Shown here: positions 38,040-47,595 of the stretch, piece by piece | Layout: every line of letters begins with the position of its first letter | Numbering within the stretch: position 1 is the stretch's first letter | Virus record (IMG/VR): IMGVR_UViG_3300023174_000038 | Span: 248,001-312,000 of that record | Reading direction: 5' to 3' (one strand) | Length of the DNA stretch: 64,000 nt | Position numbers and translations under genes: made by a program | Notes under the pieces: model-generated | Seen by the model: only the letters and a program-made list of their open reading frames with translations | Told to the model about the DNA's origin: nothing | The model's database searches: none

Positions 38040-38852
38040 TTAATCATTCGTCTTACATTTAGCACGTTTAGCATTGGTTAATGCTCCGTAATCTACTGGC
38101 CATTCTTTACCAGGCTGTAACTCTTTAGCGTTTGCAGGGAAATGGTACTTTACACCTGCATATTCTTGTATCTGTGCTAATGGAGCACGAAACTGTGTCA
38201 AATCATTACCCAAATTAACATATGGTTTCTTATGTGGGAACTGCCATCCAGCAACTTCATGTGTAACATTGTTAATAACAATCTTGTAGTAACCATGAGG
38301 AACAACTACACCATTACCAATCTTTTCATTACCTGTACCATAATATGCACCTACATAAATTGTGAATGGTTGTTTTAGTTGTACTGCCCATCCACGTATA
38401 CTTGTTTCTAATAGTTTCCATATGCCACGATTCAATGAACCATGTTGAGGATACATATTAGTCATTAAAAAACTTTCATATTCTACTTGTTGTGTCCAAG
38501 ATAGATCACCATCTGGTGCAGCATGACCTTTGTCATAACCCGTAGCTACATAATCATCAGGCTTTGCACCATCTTTAATACTAGCATCAGCAACAAAAGC
38601 GTTTGTTCTTGGGAAACAACCTAAAGCATTTTCTGGCTTAAGAGTGTATGCTACATATACTGGTATCTTTGCTGGCGAATCATATGCTACAAGATATGCT
38701 TCACGACATATTGGTTGTGATGGTCTTGCTGTTTGTGCAAATCCGTACGGACTATGTATTTGACATTGTTGTACTGGTAAGGGAGCACGTTGATCCCATG
38801 CAAATATATTTGTTGATATTAGTACTGTTGCTATTGCTATTATTTTTTTCAT
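38040..38852 (-). CDS. Secreted DNA/RNA non-specific endonuclease (NucA/EndA family)
   Basis: Signal peptide; YDKGHAAP, TNMYPQ...LNRGIW..LE, VPHGYYK. Confidence 0.9.
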   Translation of the reverse strand: MKKIIAIATVLISTNIFAWDQRAPLPVQQCQIHSPYGFAQTARPSQPICREAYLVAYDSPAKIPVYVAYTLKPENALGCFPRTNAFVADASIKDGAKPDDYVATGYDKGHAAPDGDLSWTQQVEYESFLMTNMYPQHGSLNRGIWKLLETSIRGWAVQLKQPFTIYVGAYYGTGNEKIGNGVVVPHGYYKIVINNVTHEVAGWQFPHKKPYVNLGNDLTQFRAPLAQIQEYAGVKYHFPANAKELQPGKEWPVDYGALTNAKRAKCKTND

Positions 38853-38862
38853 TCAATCCTCT

Positions 38863-39489
38863 TTATCCTACTACTGTACGATTCTTTACTTTACTAATTT
38901 CTACACTGAGTGGTGTATTAGTTGTTTTTGCTCTAAATATCTTATCAGTCTCACGTACACCTGGCTTAAGTTCAGATGCTACAATTAAGAATCTTGCTCT
39001 ATTCTTTCTCATGCCAATAAACTCACCTACTAATACTTGGTAATTAGGATAGTTAGGTGTTAAATCTATTTTAGGATTTTCTTGTTCATTGATGCTTTCT
39101 GACACACCTTGTGCAATTGCTTCACGTGCCTGACGTTCATTTTCTTGTTTGAATCGTTGCATGGCTTGACTATCATTTATTTGTCCACGATCCAGTGCTT
39201 GCCAAATTGGCAAATCAAATGTGAGATATTTTTTTTGTACTGCTTGAGCATAACTAACTTCATTGCCACGACCTTGCCAATCAGGTTTATGCCCCCAAAC
39301 AACAGATACAGATTGACCATTTGGGAAGTTGATACGCATACGCTCTCCATAAAATACATATGTACTACCTTGCCATGTAAAAGCAAGATCGCCATTAACT
39401 GTTTTACCCATAGACCAGCCATGCTTTTTTAACAGTGAATCAACTGCGGCTTGATTATCATTCTCAATAATAAACTCTGTTGCTCTCAT
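38863..39489 (-). CDS. Mosaic putative virion-internal protein
   Basis: N-term MRATEFIIE; internal QGVSESINE linker. Confidence 0.68.
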   Translation of the reverse strand: MRATEFIIENDNQAAVDSLLKKHGWSMGKTVNGDLAFTWQGSTYVFYGERMRINFPNGQSVSVVWGHKPDWQGRGNEVSYAQAVQKKYLTFDLPIWQALDRGQINDSQAMQRFKQENERQAREAIAQGVSESINEQENPKIDLTPNYPNYQVLVGEFIGMRKNRARFLIVASELKPGVRETDKIFRAKTTNTPLSVEISKVKNRTVVG

Positions 39490-39929
39490 TACTCACGTTC
39501 TCTTTTTAATGTTGAACGGATAAACCATGCTTTCTTACCGTATAGGTCTTGCAGTTCAGCCATGTAGTTAGCAATACCCTGTTGACGTTCATTTGTTGCT
39601 TCATCAAACATAGCAACAACAAGTTGACCTAATGTTTCACAATCTTGTAGTAACTCAATAAACATGAGTTCAGCTCTTGGAACTTTAGTTTGGTCTTGAA
39701 TGATACTTAATTCAGCATAACGTGTTAGACTGCCAGGAGTATAGTGACCTAATATTCTGATATATTCAGCTACAGGATCAATAGTAGCATTTACATCTTC
39801 ATACAATGTATTAAAGAATTCGTGATATTGTGGGAAGTTACTTCCCTCCACATTCCAATGAAAGTTTTGTGATTTGATAGCAAAGCTTTGTGTACTAGCT
39901 AATAGTACTTTTAAATTATCTGATAACAT
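39489..39929 (-). CDS. dps: Dps/ferritin-like protein
   Basis: FHWNVEGSNF..YHEFF...D.VAE.IR. Confidence 0.9.
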   Translation of the reverse strand: MLSDNLKVLLASTQSFAIKSQNFHWNVEGSNFPQYHEFFNTLYEDVNATIDPVAEYIRILGHYTPGSLTRYAELSIIQDQTKVPRAELMFIELLQDCETLGQLVVAMFDEATNERQQGIANYMAELQDLYGKKAWFIRSTLKRERE

Positions 39930-39938
39930 GATTACTCG

Positions 39939-42900
39939 TTAGTCTTTCTTTTTTGTATTAACATTGATGGCTTTACCACTACGGTCAGGATTAGGATCTT
40001 CTCTACGTTTACGTTGAGCGGCACTTGCACGACCCTTCTTACCTAGACTATGTGCTTTACTTTGTGGCAAGCATTTTGGTTTACCTTCTCCTGGTTCTCT
40101 AGCACATGGACCTTTAATCTTTCCTTTAGTATCCATGCGAACCCACTTTTCTTTATTAAACCAATCATGCAAACTTTCATCTGCCCTTTCAATACCTTCT
40201 AGTATAGAACTTTCATTCTTCTTCCCACCGTTACCCCAGTTACTTGCGCCTTTGTTGCGACACTTAACTAATGCACCACTGGCATAAGCACTTGGCCATA
40301 CTTTATAACGACTCTTTACTTTGTAGTAGCAAGCATCTTTCTTTTCGTTCATTAATTCTTCACTAACCATTTCGCCACCACAGTGTGGGCAACTTTCACT
40401 GTGTTGGTCTTCATTTGTTTTATTTTTAGCACAACTACCCGGAAAGCCTGCTTTAGTACCAGCAACTCTATGATAGCCGGACCAGCATTTCAATTCATCT
40501 AGTTGATCTTTTGAATGGTCACCGTGTGTTTCACACATACCGCAGTCTTCACAGACCATTTCCATTTCAATGCTTTCATTGTGCTTCTTCTTACCTGCAC
40601 AATGAGCCTTTTGACTAAAGCCTTTAGGATGACTACAGTTAATACTGCTCTTATATTTTTGACTCCAGCCTTCATCCATCTCTTGTTCATTAACGTAAAT
40701 TGCGGCAGTTGTTTTATTTAAACTTTGTGGATCTTTTACGCCGGCTGCTACTTTAATTGCTTTAACTTTTTGTCTATAGTCATCAGCATATTCGGCTAAT
40801 CTGTAGCCTAACATTTTACCAATTTCTTCAGGTGTAGCTGGTTTATCTTGCGGAGTATTTGCACCAAAAGTTGTGTCTAGTATCTTAGGCCATGCCATCC
40901 AGACCATATTTGATAACTCTTTATATGCTTTGCTTCTTAATTCTTTAATTTGAGCTTCAGCCTCATCTTCAGAAATACTAGGTGCGGGTGCAGGAATAGT
41001 TCCTTTGAATGCTTGAGCATTACCGGCACCGCCTAATCCTGCGGCAGCTAATGCGCCGGCGCCTGCTGCCTTACCCATGTTACCTAAAAACCCTCTACGG
41101 TTCATATCAGCTTCTTTCAAACCTGATTTTTTACGTATATACAATCTATCCTGTAATATTGAAATAGCATTGTCTAACTTTTTATTCAATGATTGATAGT
41201 TATCTTTTGCACCATACTTAACGTGCATACTAGTATCAGTATCATTCTGCATTGCAGGAGTTAACAAACCTTTACGTTCTAATCTATCAACTAACTTATC
41301 TAATAGTTCTTGCTTTTGTATAGCATTATCTAATTGTGCTAATCTAGCTTTTAATACAGAATGTTTTTCACCAGGTTGTGCAACTGGTGTTGGTTGAAAT
41401 TCTCTACGTAAACCTTGTTGTGCTTTTTGTACTGTGTTCTTTTCAAAATCTTGTCTCCAAGCTTCTATTTCAGCTTCACGCTGTTTCTCTATAGCTAATT
41501 TAGCTTGAATCAACGCATCCAATGATGTAGATTTTAATTGATCACCTAAGTTTTCATCAATTGATGCATAACGCTTATCATCTAAATCATCGTGGTAACT
41601 TCTTTGTGGTGGTTTTTTTAGCTCTATTGGTTTCTTAGATGAACCTCTATAACCACGTTCCCATGCCGCTGCACCTGCTGCCGCACTTTTACCATTTTTA
41701 ACAAAGTGATTAATGACTTCTTGTTTACTGTTAAATCTAGGTGATTCTATACCTTCATTTGTTGCCATTTCGCCATCATTACTATGACCATAATATTTGG
41801 CTACTTTTTGTAAATCAGCAGAATTTCTATCGTTAAGATAATCAGTTACTAAATCATGTATCTGATATCTTTGTTCTTGCGGGGCTGGTAATTCTATTTC
41901 ACCTTCACTTGCATCAGCAATATGTGCGGCGCCGGGACTGTCTAAGAACCATATCTCATCATCCTCATCCCATTCTAATCCCCATTTGTCTATTGTTGCA
42001 GTTAATACATAGTTGTTAGTAGTACCTACTACAAATTTGTTACCGCCTATATAACGTGAGCTATTTGGTTGACCGTAATCTTTTGGTCCTTTAGGGCCGC
42101 CAGTTTGTACAAATTCATTTATACCTTGACTGATACCAGATTTCTTTGTATCATTAGCAAATTGTTTTTTAGTTGCACGAACAATACCACTGAAACGTTT
42201 ATCACCACGCTTGTAATCGCCCTCTTTATCAGCTTTTCCTGCATCGGCAGCGGCCGCTGTTTTATATTGTGCTAGTTTCTCATTAGAGATTTCATCTAGT
42301 TGTGATTCAGGCATTAATCCGTGCTTTGTAATACGAGCATCTAATTCATCACGCTCTTTGGAATATTTTTGTATAAGTTCTTTATTACCTACTTGAATTG
42401 CTTGTCTAAGTTTTTCCTGAATGGCATCTGCTAAATCATAGTATTGATCCATTTTCATTCTAGTGGTATTATCTTCTTTTATTGTTTTACCTTGACCTAA
42501 TTGTTGTAAATCACTTGTTAATACATCTTGTGTAACACTACCCATACCTTTTGAAATCGTAATGCGAGAATGTTTACGATCCTTACTCATAGCAACTACT
42601 TTTGATGGTTGTCCAAAATACTTAACAGTATCACCTATCTGTATGTTCTTCATAGATACATTACCAACATTAACCGGTTTATCACCTGCAAAGTTACCTT
42701 GATCTCCCCATGGGTCATCTAAACTTTCATTTGTACCAGTAGCTAATCTATCATGGTCACTATCACGTTGGGCTTTTTCTGCCGCTGCCTTCATAGCACG
42801 ACCTTTAGCAAAATCTTTTTCTTGTCTTATTAAACCATATGGATCATACTCATCATCATCTGTTTGTGTATGTCTACCACGTTTAGGATATGATGGTGCA

Positions 42901-42983
42901 TCTGCCCCGTATTCTCTTGCTGGATCATTATGTCCGTAAAAAGGATTGGATTCGTTTATTATACCTTTTAGAATATTGCTCAT
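39939..42983 (-). CDS. Large mosaic putative virion-internal polyprotein
   Basis: Many short unrelated modules separated by xxE linkers (IINES, TNES, IKED, LDEI, INEF, TNEG, IDEN, LKEA, MDEG, LDEL, MNEK, ILEG). Confidence 0.75.
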   Translation of the reverse strand: MSNILKGIINESNPFYGHNDPAREYGADAPSYPKRGRHTQTDDDEYDPYGLIRQEKDFAKGRAMKAAAEKAQRDSDHDRLATGTNESLDDPWGDQGNFAGDKPVNVGNVSMKNIQIGDTVKYFGQPSKVVAMSKDRKHSRITISKGMGSVTQDVLTSDLQQLGQGKTIKEDNTTRMKMDQYYDLADAIQEKLRQAIQVGNKELIQKYSKERDELDARITKHGLMPESQLDEISNEKLAQYKTAAAADAGKADKEGDYKRGDKRFSGIVRATKKQFANDTKKSGISQGINEFVQTGGPKGPKDYGQPNSSRYIGGNKFVVGTTNNYVLTATIDKWGLEWDEDDEIWFLDSPGAAHIADASEGEIELPAPQEQRYQIHDLVTDYLNDRNSADLQKVAKYYGHSNDGEMATNEGIESPRFNSKQEVINHFVKNGKSAAAGAAAWERGYRGSSKKPIELKKPPQRSYHDDLDDKRYASIDENLGDQLKSTSLDALIQAKLAIEKQREAEIEAWRQDFEKNTVQKAQQGLRREFQPTPVAQPGEKHSVLKARLAQLDNAIQKQELLDKLVDRLERKGLLTPAMQNDTDTSMHVKYGAKDNYQSLNKKLDNAISILQDRLYIRKKSGLKEADMNRRGFLGNMGKAAGAGALAAAGLGGAGNAQAFKGTIPAPAPSISEDEAEAQIKELRSKAYKELSNMVWMAWPKILDTTFGANTPQDKPATPEEIGKMLGYRLAEYADDYRQKVKAIKVAAGVKDPQSLNKTTAAIYVNEQEMDEGWSQKYKSSINCSHPKGFSQKAHCAGKKKHNESIEMEMVCEDCGMCETHGDHSKDQLDELKCWSGYHRVAGTKAGFPGSCAKNKTNEDQHSESCPHCGGEMVSEELMNEKKDACYYKVKSRYKVWPSAYASGALVKCRNKGASNWGNGGKKNESSILEGIERADESLHDWFNKEKWVRMDTKGKIKGPCAREPGEGKPKCLPQSKAHSLGKKGRASAAQRKRREDPNPDRSGKAINVNTKKKD

Positions 42984-42984
42984 A

Positions 42985-43866
42985 TCACGCTTTCTTATTC
43001 TTGTTATCTAACATGCCACGCTTATTAGCTGTTGCCCAAGCAATGTTCTCCGCTTCTTTTTTACTGTGACCTAATTTCTTTTCACTTTGTGCTACATGCT
43101 TAACCATACGGTCTACTTTAGCACCTTCATCTATTGGTGCATGAACTGGACATTGGTCTTGACCATGTGTTCTACACACACATTTCAAATTAGGTTTGCC
43201 TTCTGCTACGCCCTGTTGACCATACGTATCAAGAATTTGTCTAACATAAAAATTATAAAAACCACGACGGCTATTGTATTCTCTATCTCCAAGTACAGTC
43301 TTTAGTGCTTTTACAGCATCAGTTACTTCTGGGCCACGCATTATTTTTAATGAGTCAGTAACTAGTGTATCACCTCTTTGTGAGCCTTCTGATACACCTT
43401 GAACTTGTTTACCTTCTAAGTATTCACGTATAGTGTTTAGATAATCATTGGCTTTAATAATCTTTTCTTGTACCCAACCATCAAGACCTTCTTCTTCACT
43501 AAGGTCTTTAATCATTGAATAAACTTGTTGAGCATTCTTTGCGGCACTGAATAGATCACTACGTGCCATCTCAACTTCGTGGTCTATACGACTTTGACCA
43601 TGTGGCACAAATCCATTTTTACGACTACGTCCTTGTCCCGGAACGACAATAACATCATCTTCTTGTAGTTCTGCTTCACTTATTTCAGCACTTTCATTAA
43701 TGCTGTTAGCATATGGAGCACTAGTCTTTTTACCCTTGAATAGTGTGCCTACTTTCTTGCCACCATATATGCTAGGATTTCCCCTAGATTGTGTGCCACC
43801 TAATGGTGAATTTACAGTAGCTATTGCACCTGCTGTTGTAGTTTCAGTGATTTGTTTGATTTTCAT
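42985..43866 (-). CDS. Mosaic putative virion-internal polyprotein
   Basis: MKIKQITE; SINES, QGVSEG, QGVAEG, IDEG linkers; DHEVEMARSDL...WVQEKI module. Confidence 0.72.
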   Translation of the reverse strand: MKIKQITETTTAGAIATVNSPLGGTQSRGNPSIYGGKKVGTLFKGKKTSAPYANSINESAEISEAELQEDDVIVVPGQGRSRKNGFVPHGQSRIDHEVEMARSDLFSAAKNAQQVYSMIKDLSEEEGLDGWVQEKIIKANDYLNTIREYLEGKQVQGVSEGSQRGDTLVTDSLKIMRGPEVTDAVKALKTVLGDREYNSRRGFYNFYVRQILDTYGQQGVAEGKPNLKCVCRTHGQDQCPVHAPIDEGAKVDRMVKHVAQSEKKLGHSKKEAENIAWATANKRGMLDNKNKKA

Positions 43867-43920
43867 AAGGATTTCCGTACTAATAGTGTATTTATCAAAA
43901 TACCATAATATGGAAACTTA

Positions 43921-44835
43921 TTAGATTTTGCCTGAGGGCTTTGCTGTTGGTGGGATACCTGCTCTACTAGTATTCCAATAGAATGCTTTTGCGTTCTTTT
44001 TGATACTGTCAGGCTTAACATCTACTGTTAATGCTGTACTAAAACGAGGGTCATTCTTCTGTTTTTTGCTTGGGATATAGCCCGAAGCTTCACCTACATA
44101 CATTTCATCTACATTAGCGTACATATTGTCTAAACTTAAATGTTTGCTATGTAATTTGTCTCTCAAGTCATATAGTTTTGTAATATAGCCCCTGCTACGT
44201 AATGCTTTATATGCTAAATTTTCAGGGCTAAACTCACCACCTTTATCTAATCCAGCTTGACGATATTGTTTAATCTTTTTTAATACTTTATTGACTTTAC
44301 TTATTTTATCAGATTGTAATACTGTATCAATAATGTCTAATAGTTTTATATATTTTGCTTTAGTAGCTGTTTGGTCAAAGTTAGCTCTACGTTTTGCAGG
44401 CATACGCAACCATTTATTATCTTTAACACTATACTCACCTAAGCTAGTGACAGGTTCTGCCGCATCTTGTATGTATAATTCTACCGGAATTCCATTGATA
44501 GTAATATCATGTGAATCATTGTATAAATCTTTTTTAGCCTTAAAGAATTCATGGTAAATGTCATCGTCAGGTAAATCCTTCATATTGACTAAGATATGTA
44601 AATCTAAATCACTATGGTCTGTATAACTATAGGCTGCATTACTTCCGGATATAGTAATATCACGTACATCCAAATCATGTATACCCATCTCTTGTAAGAA
44701 ATCTTGTGCTATGTGTTTTAGTTGTAGTTCAACTTCAGGTTGAAGATGTTGTCCACGGAATAACTTTGGATTGAGGTTATCGTGAAATGTCACAGCATCT
44801 GACATTTTGAATGAATGTAATTCTTTTAAGTCCAT
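43921..44835 (-). CDS. Pol-beta-superfamily nucleotidyltransferase with appended C-terminal module
   Basis: SGSNAAY...SDLDLH...VELY; VGEA linker then SGYIPSKKQKNDPRF module. Confidence 0.78.
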   Translation of the reverse strand: MDLKELHSFKMSDAVTFHDNLNPKLFRGQHLQPEVELQLKHIAQDFLQEMGIHDLDVRDITISGSNAAYSYTDHSDLDLHILVNMKDLPDDDIYHEFFKAKKDLYNDSHDITINGIPVELYIQDAAEPVTSLGEYSVKDNKWLRMPAKRRANFDQTATKAKYIKLLDIIDTVLQSDKISKVNKVLKKIKQYRQAGLDKGGEFSPENLAYKALRSRGYITKLYDLRDKLHSKHLSLDNMYANVDEMYVGEASGYIPSKKQKNDPRFSTALTVDVKPDSIKKNAKAFYWNTSRAGIPPTAKPSGKI

Positions 44836-44857
44836 AGAGTATTTATCTAAAAACTAT

Positions 44858-44879
44858 AAAGCCCCTTTCGGGGCTTTAT
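44858..44879 (-). terminator. Intrinsic terminator
   Basis: AAAGCCC-(CGAAA)-GGGCTTT hairpin at end of 44879..45850. Confidence 0.65.
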
Positions 44880-45850
44880 TATGCGGCAGTAATTTTCTTT
44901 ATTTCGTTACCATCTTTATCGATGAACTTCATTCCGAACTTTTCTTGCTGTTCTTGTAGGAACATAGGACCAACTGTTTTCATTAGATGTTCCTGATTTT
45001 CCATACAGAATACATAAGATCCTGAGTGACGTAATAGAATACGTTTGTCAACCCAAATCTTACCACCTAAATCACGCCAGTTCTCACAGAATGTCCAATC
45101 TTCACTATAATAACGATTCTGACGGACCGCTGTATCAAAGTAGGTTTTTAAGTGTTGGTCAAACTTAGGATCTAATCCAATGTCGTTTTTATATTGCTTA
45201 ACAGCAGGATGCGATTTGAGTTTTTCAAACACATGTTTCTTCATCAATAAGAAACCTGTACCTGCTTTAGATACTTCTTGGAATCCATCTGGTCCTTCTT
45301 CTGCACCTTCAAATCCATTAACAACCCATTTAATTGGCATTGTTTTCATTGGATATAATCCTGCACAAACATCTACGTTACGGTTCAATAGAACTAATAG
45401 ATGCCATGGTTCCCAACCAATGTCAGCATCAACAAAGAATAAATGTGTTGCGTCTGGCATATCTAGGAACTTAGCAGTCAATGTATTTCGTGCTCGGCTA
45501 ATAAGTGATTCATTAACCATTGTTTCTAATGTCCAATCAATACCAAGTTGACGAGCTGTATTAGCCCACTTGATAAATGACATGAATGTTGATTCTGTTA
45601 ACATACCACCATAGCAGGGCATAGCGATATGTACTTTAGTAGTTTTTAAAAAGTCTACATTAACTTGAACTTGTCCGGGACTCGGTGCTTGTTCTTTTGC
45701 AGCCTGTTCAGCGATTTCCTGTATTTTTTCTACGGGAACTGTTTTTTCTGACATGTCTACTTTAGGTGCTTTAGTAGCTTTAGTAGTTGTTTTTGTTGCG
45801 GCTTTTGCAGGTTTGTCTGCTGCCTTGTCGATTGTTTTCTTTGTTGCCAT
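44879..45850 (-). CDS. GT-A glycosyltransferase-like protein
   Basis: AMPCYGG, ESLISRARN, FFVDADI, GTGFLL, SEDWTFC; Lys/Ala-rich N-tail. Confidence 0.8.
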   Translation of the reverse strand: MATKKTIDKAADKPAKAATKTTTKATKAPKVDMSEKTVPVEKIQEIAEQAAKEQAPSPGQVQVNVDFLKTTKVHIAMPCYGGMLTESTFMSFIKWANTARQLGIDWTLETMVNESLISRARNTLTAKFLDMPDATHLFFVDADIGWEPWHLLVLLNRNVDVCAGLYPMKTMPIKWVVNGFEGAEEGPDGFQEVSKAGTGFLLMKKHVFEKLKSHPAVKQYKNDIGLDPKFDQHLKTYFDTAVRQNRYYSEDWTFCENWRDLGGKIWVDKRILLRHSGSYVFCMENQEHLMKTVGPMFLQEQQEKFGMKFIDKDGNEIKKITAA

Positions 45851-45901
45851 TTGATCCTCTTGTTAAGATACTATTATTTACATCAAAACAAGGGGGTCAA
45901 A

Positions 45902-47029
45902 TTATTTTTCCTCTAGATAATCCACACTTTCGGTAACCTTAACTGGATCTTCTTCTGCGTTTCTAAACTCAAAACGACTTTGTTGTAGATTGTACTTTTT
46001 AATAGCTAATTCTAAATATCTATCAATTAAATTGTACGGTACTTTACGATTAACTAACAGAGGTGTTCTTCTTGGACCATCTAAGTAATATACATCTACA
46101 TATTGTGGATGAAATACTTTAGCTGTTTTTTCTGCTTCTGCCAAACCTTGCTTTACTGTTTTATAAGCACTCTGTAGCACAAACATATATTCTTTATCTG
46201 TTATATCCGGTAGTATACCTTCAACTGCTGTATTGAAAAAGTCATCACCTGCTATCATATTCATAGCATGTATCATACCCAATTCATCAACATTTTTTTG
46301 TTTTGCTACTTGTATAGCAATTTCCAATAGTTTTCTTATTCTACGATTTCTATCATTCTCGCCACCACCATCACCCCTGTCGCTACTCGGCGGGACAAAT
46401 TCATTTAATGATCCTTCTGACAATTCATTACCCATACCCATATCTAACATCTTAACAACATTAGCGGCTAGTTTAGGATTCTTTTGTGTTGCAGGATATA
46501 AACTCATAACCATTGCTGTCTTACGCTTATCATTCAATGTAGGCCATGCATTACGTATCTCTGTGGCACTAGTGATACCAGGACCAAATTCTACTGTGGG
46601 TAAATAAGCCATGTAAGCATGTTTGCCAAATGGTTGTACATTTTCGCCTGTGTATGGTTGAAAGTATGCCGGACTACCGTCTTTCTTTGTACCACCTGGT
46701 TTAGGACTTTCATTACGATCCTTTTCACTACGAACAAAGATTACCACGTCTTGTTCTGGATTAAACTTATCAGTGATTTCTCTAGGTTGAAATGGACTTT
46801 TAACTTGTATAAAATGTCCAGGACTAACTCCTGCTACCTTAGCTAGTTTTTCTTTAATAGCAAAGGGGAAAGGTCTGGTCTTTGTATCATTGGTAGCGGC
46901 TACATATACATCAGCACCGGGAAATGCTTTAAGTGCGGCTTGGTACAACGATGCATGACCAGCATGAAAAGGATGAAAGCCTCCTGGCATTATAACAACT
47001 GTACTCATATCAGTATGATAATTTAACAA
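45902..47029 (-). CDS. HxGH nucleotidyltransferase with appended modules
   Basis: PGGFHPFHAGH, SATEIR; then LSEGSLNEF, QGLAEA, VTES linkers; start likely MSTVV. Confidence 0.78.
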   Translation of the reverse strand: MLNYHTDMSTVVIMPGGFHPFHAGHASLYQAALKAFPGADVYVAATNDTKTRPFPFAIKEKLAKVAGVSPGHFIQVKSPFQPREITDKFNPEQDVVIFVRSEKDRNESPKPGGTKKDGSPAYFQPYTGENVQPFGKHAYMAYLPTVEFGPGITSATEIRNAWPTLNDKRKTAMVMSLYPATQKNPKLAANVVKMLDMGMGNELSEGSLNEFVPPSSDRGDGGGENDRNRRIRKLLEIAIQVAKQKNVDELGMIHAMNMIAGDDFFNTAVEGILPDITDKEYMFVLQSAYKTVKQGLAEAEKTAKVFHPQYVDVYYLDGPRRTPLLVNRKVPYNLIDRYLELAIKKYNLQQSRFEFRNAEEDPVKVTESVDYLEEK

Positions 47030-47396
47030 AATTAACTACACCACCATTAAAGTCTACAACCTTTGCTCTCATATATACAAAATTACCATCTATATTTGTA
47101 TAGACAGAAGCATTACTAGCAATTTGTGGTGCAGAGTTAGCTGCCGCATTTGCATTAGCTTCTAATTCATATACTTTGAACCAATCAGTGCTACTTGGTG
47201 TTGTGGCTAAACTAGCTTCAATTGTGATATTACCTGTACAGTTTGTTACATTGATATTAACAGTTTGCAGTGAACGTGGTGTTATGATATATGATGCACC
47301 GGGTTGGCTATCACCAGTTACAGTATAGGGTGAATTATTGCCTGGATTAATATAGGTAGTTTGCGGCAATAGAATAAGAGTAGTTGTTTGGCTCAT
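47010..47396 (-). CDS. Beta-rich hypothetical (possibly structural) protein
   Basis: IEASL...DWF...GNFVYMRA. Confidence 0.7.
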   Translation of the reverse strand: MSQTTTLILLPQTTYINPGNNSPYTVTGDSQPGASYIITPRSLQTVNINVTNCTGNITIEASLATTPSSTDWFKVYELEANANAAANSAPQIASNASVYTNIDGNFVYMRAKVVDFNGGVVNFVKLSY

Positions 47397-47560
47397 TATG
47401 CTTTTACAACCTCAACAACTACACTATCACCAATTAATTCTTGGGCAACTTGCTCTAAAGCCGCTTGGATATCAGGACTAGTGATACTAGTGCCGGAATC
47501 ATTATCTTTTACTATCTTACTAAAAGTGATTACGATTGATTCTGTTACAATCTTTGCCAT
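47396..47560 (-). CDS. Small hypothetical protein (54 aa)
   Basis: Manual ORF MAKIVTESIVITFSK...VVVEVVKA, GAGGA RBS, upstream TAAATA. Confidence 0.65.
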   Translation of the reverse strand: MAKIVTESIVITFSKIVKDNDSGTSITSPDIQAALEQVAQELIGDSVVVEVVKA

Positions 47561-47595
47561 GGTAAATCCTCTATTTTATTAGAGTATTTATCATT

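Noticed and set aside
14106-46150. QGVAE linker as a strict DNA recombination site
   Set aside because: The seven copies differ at several codon positions, so conservation looks mainly protein-level. A DNA-level role is not excluded but is not supported here.
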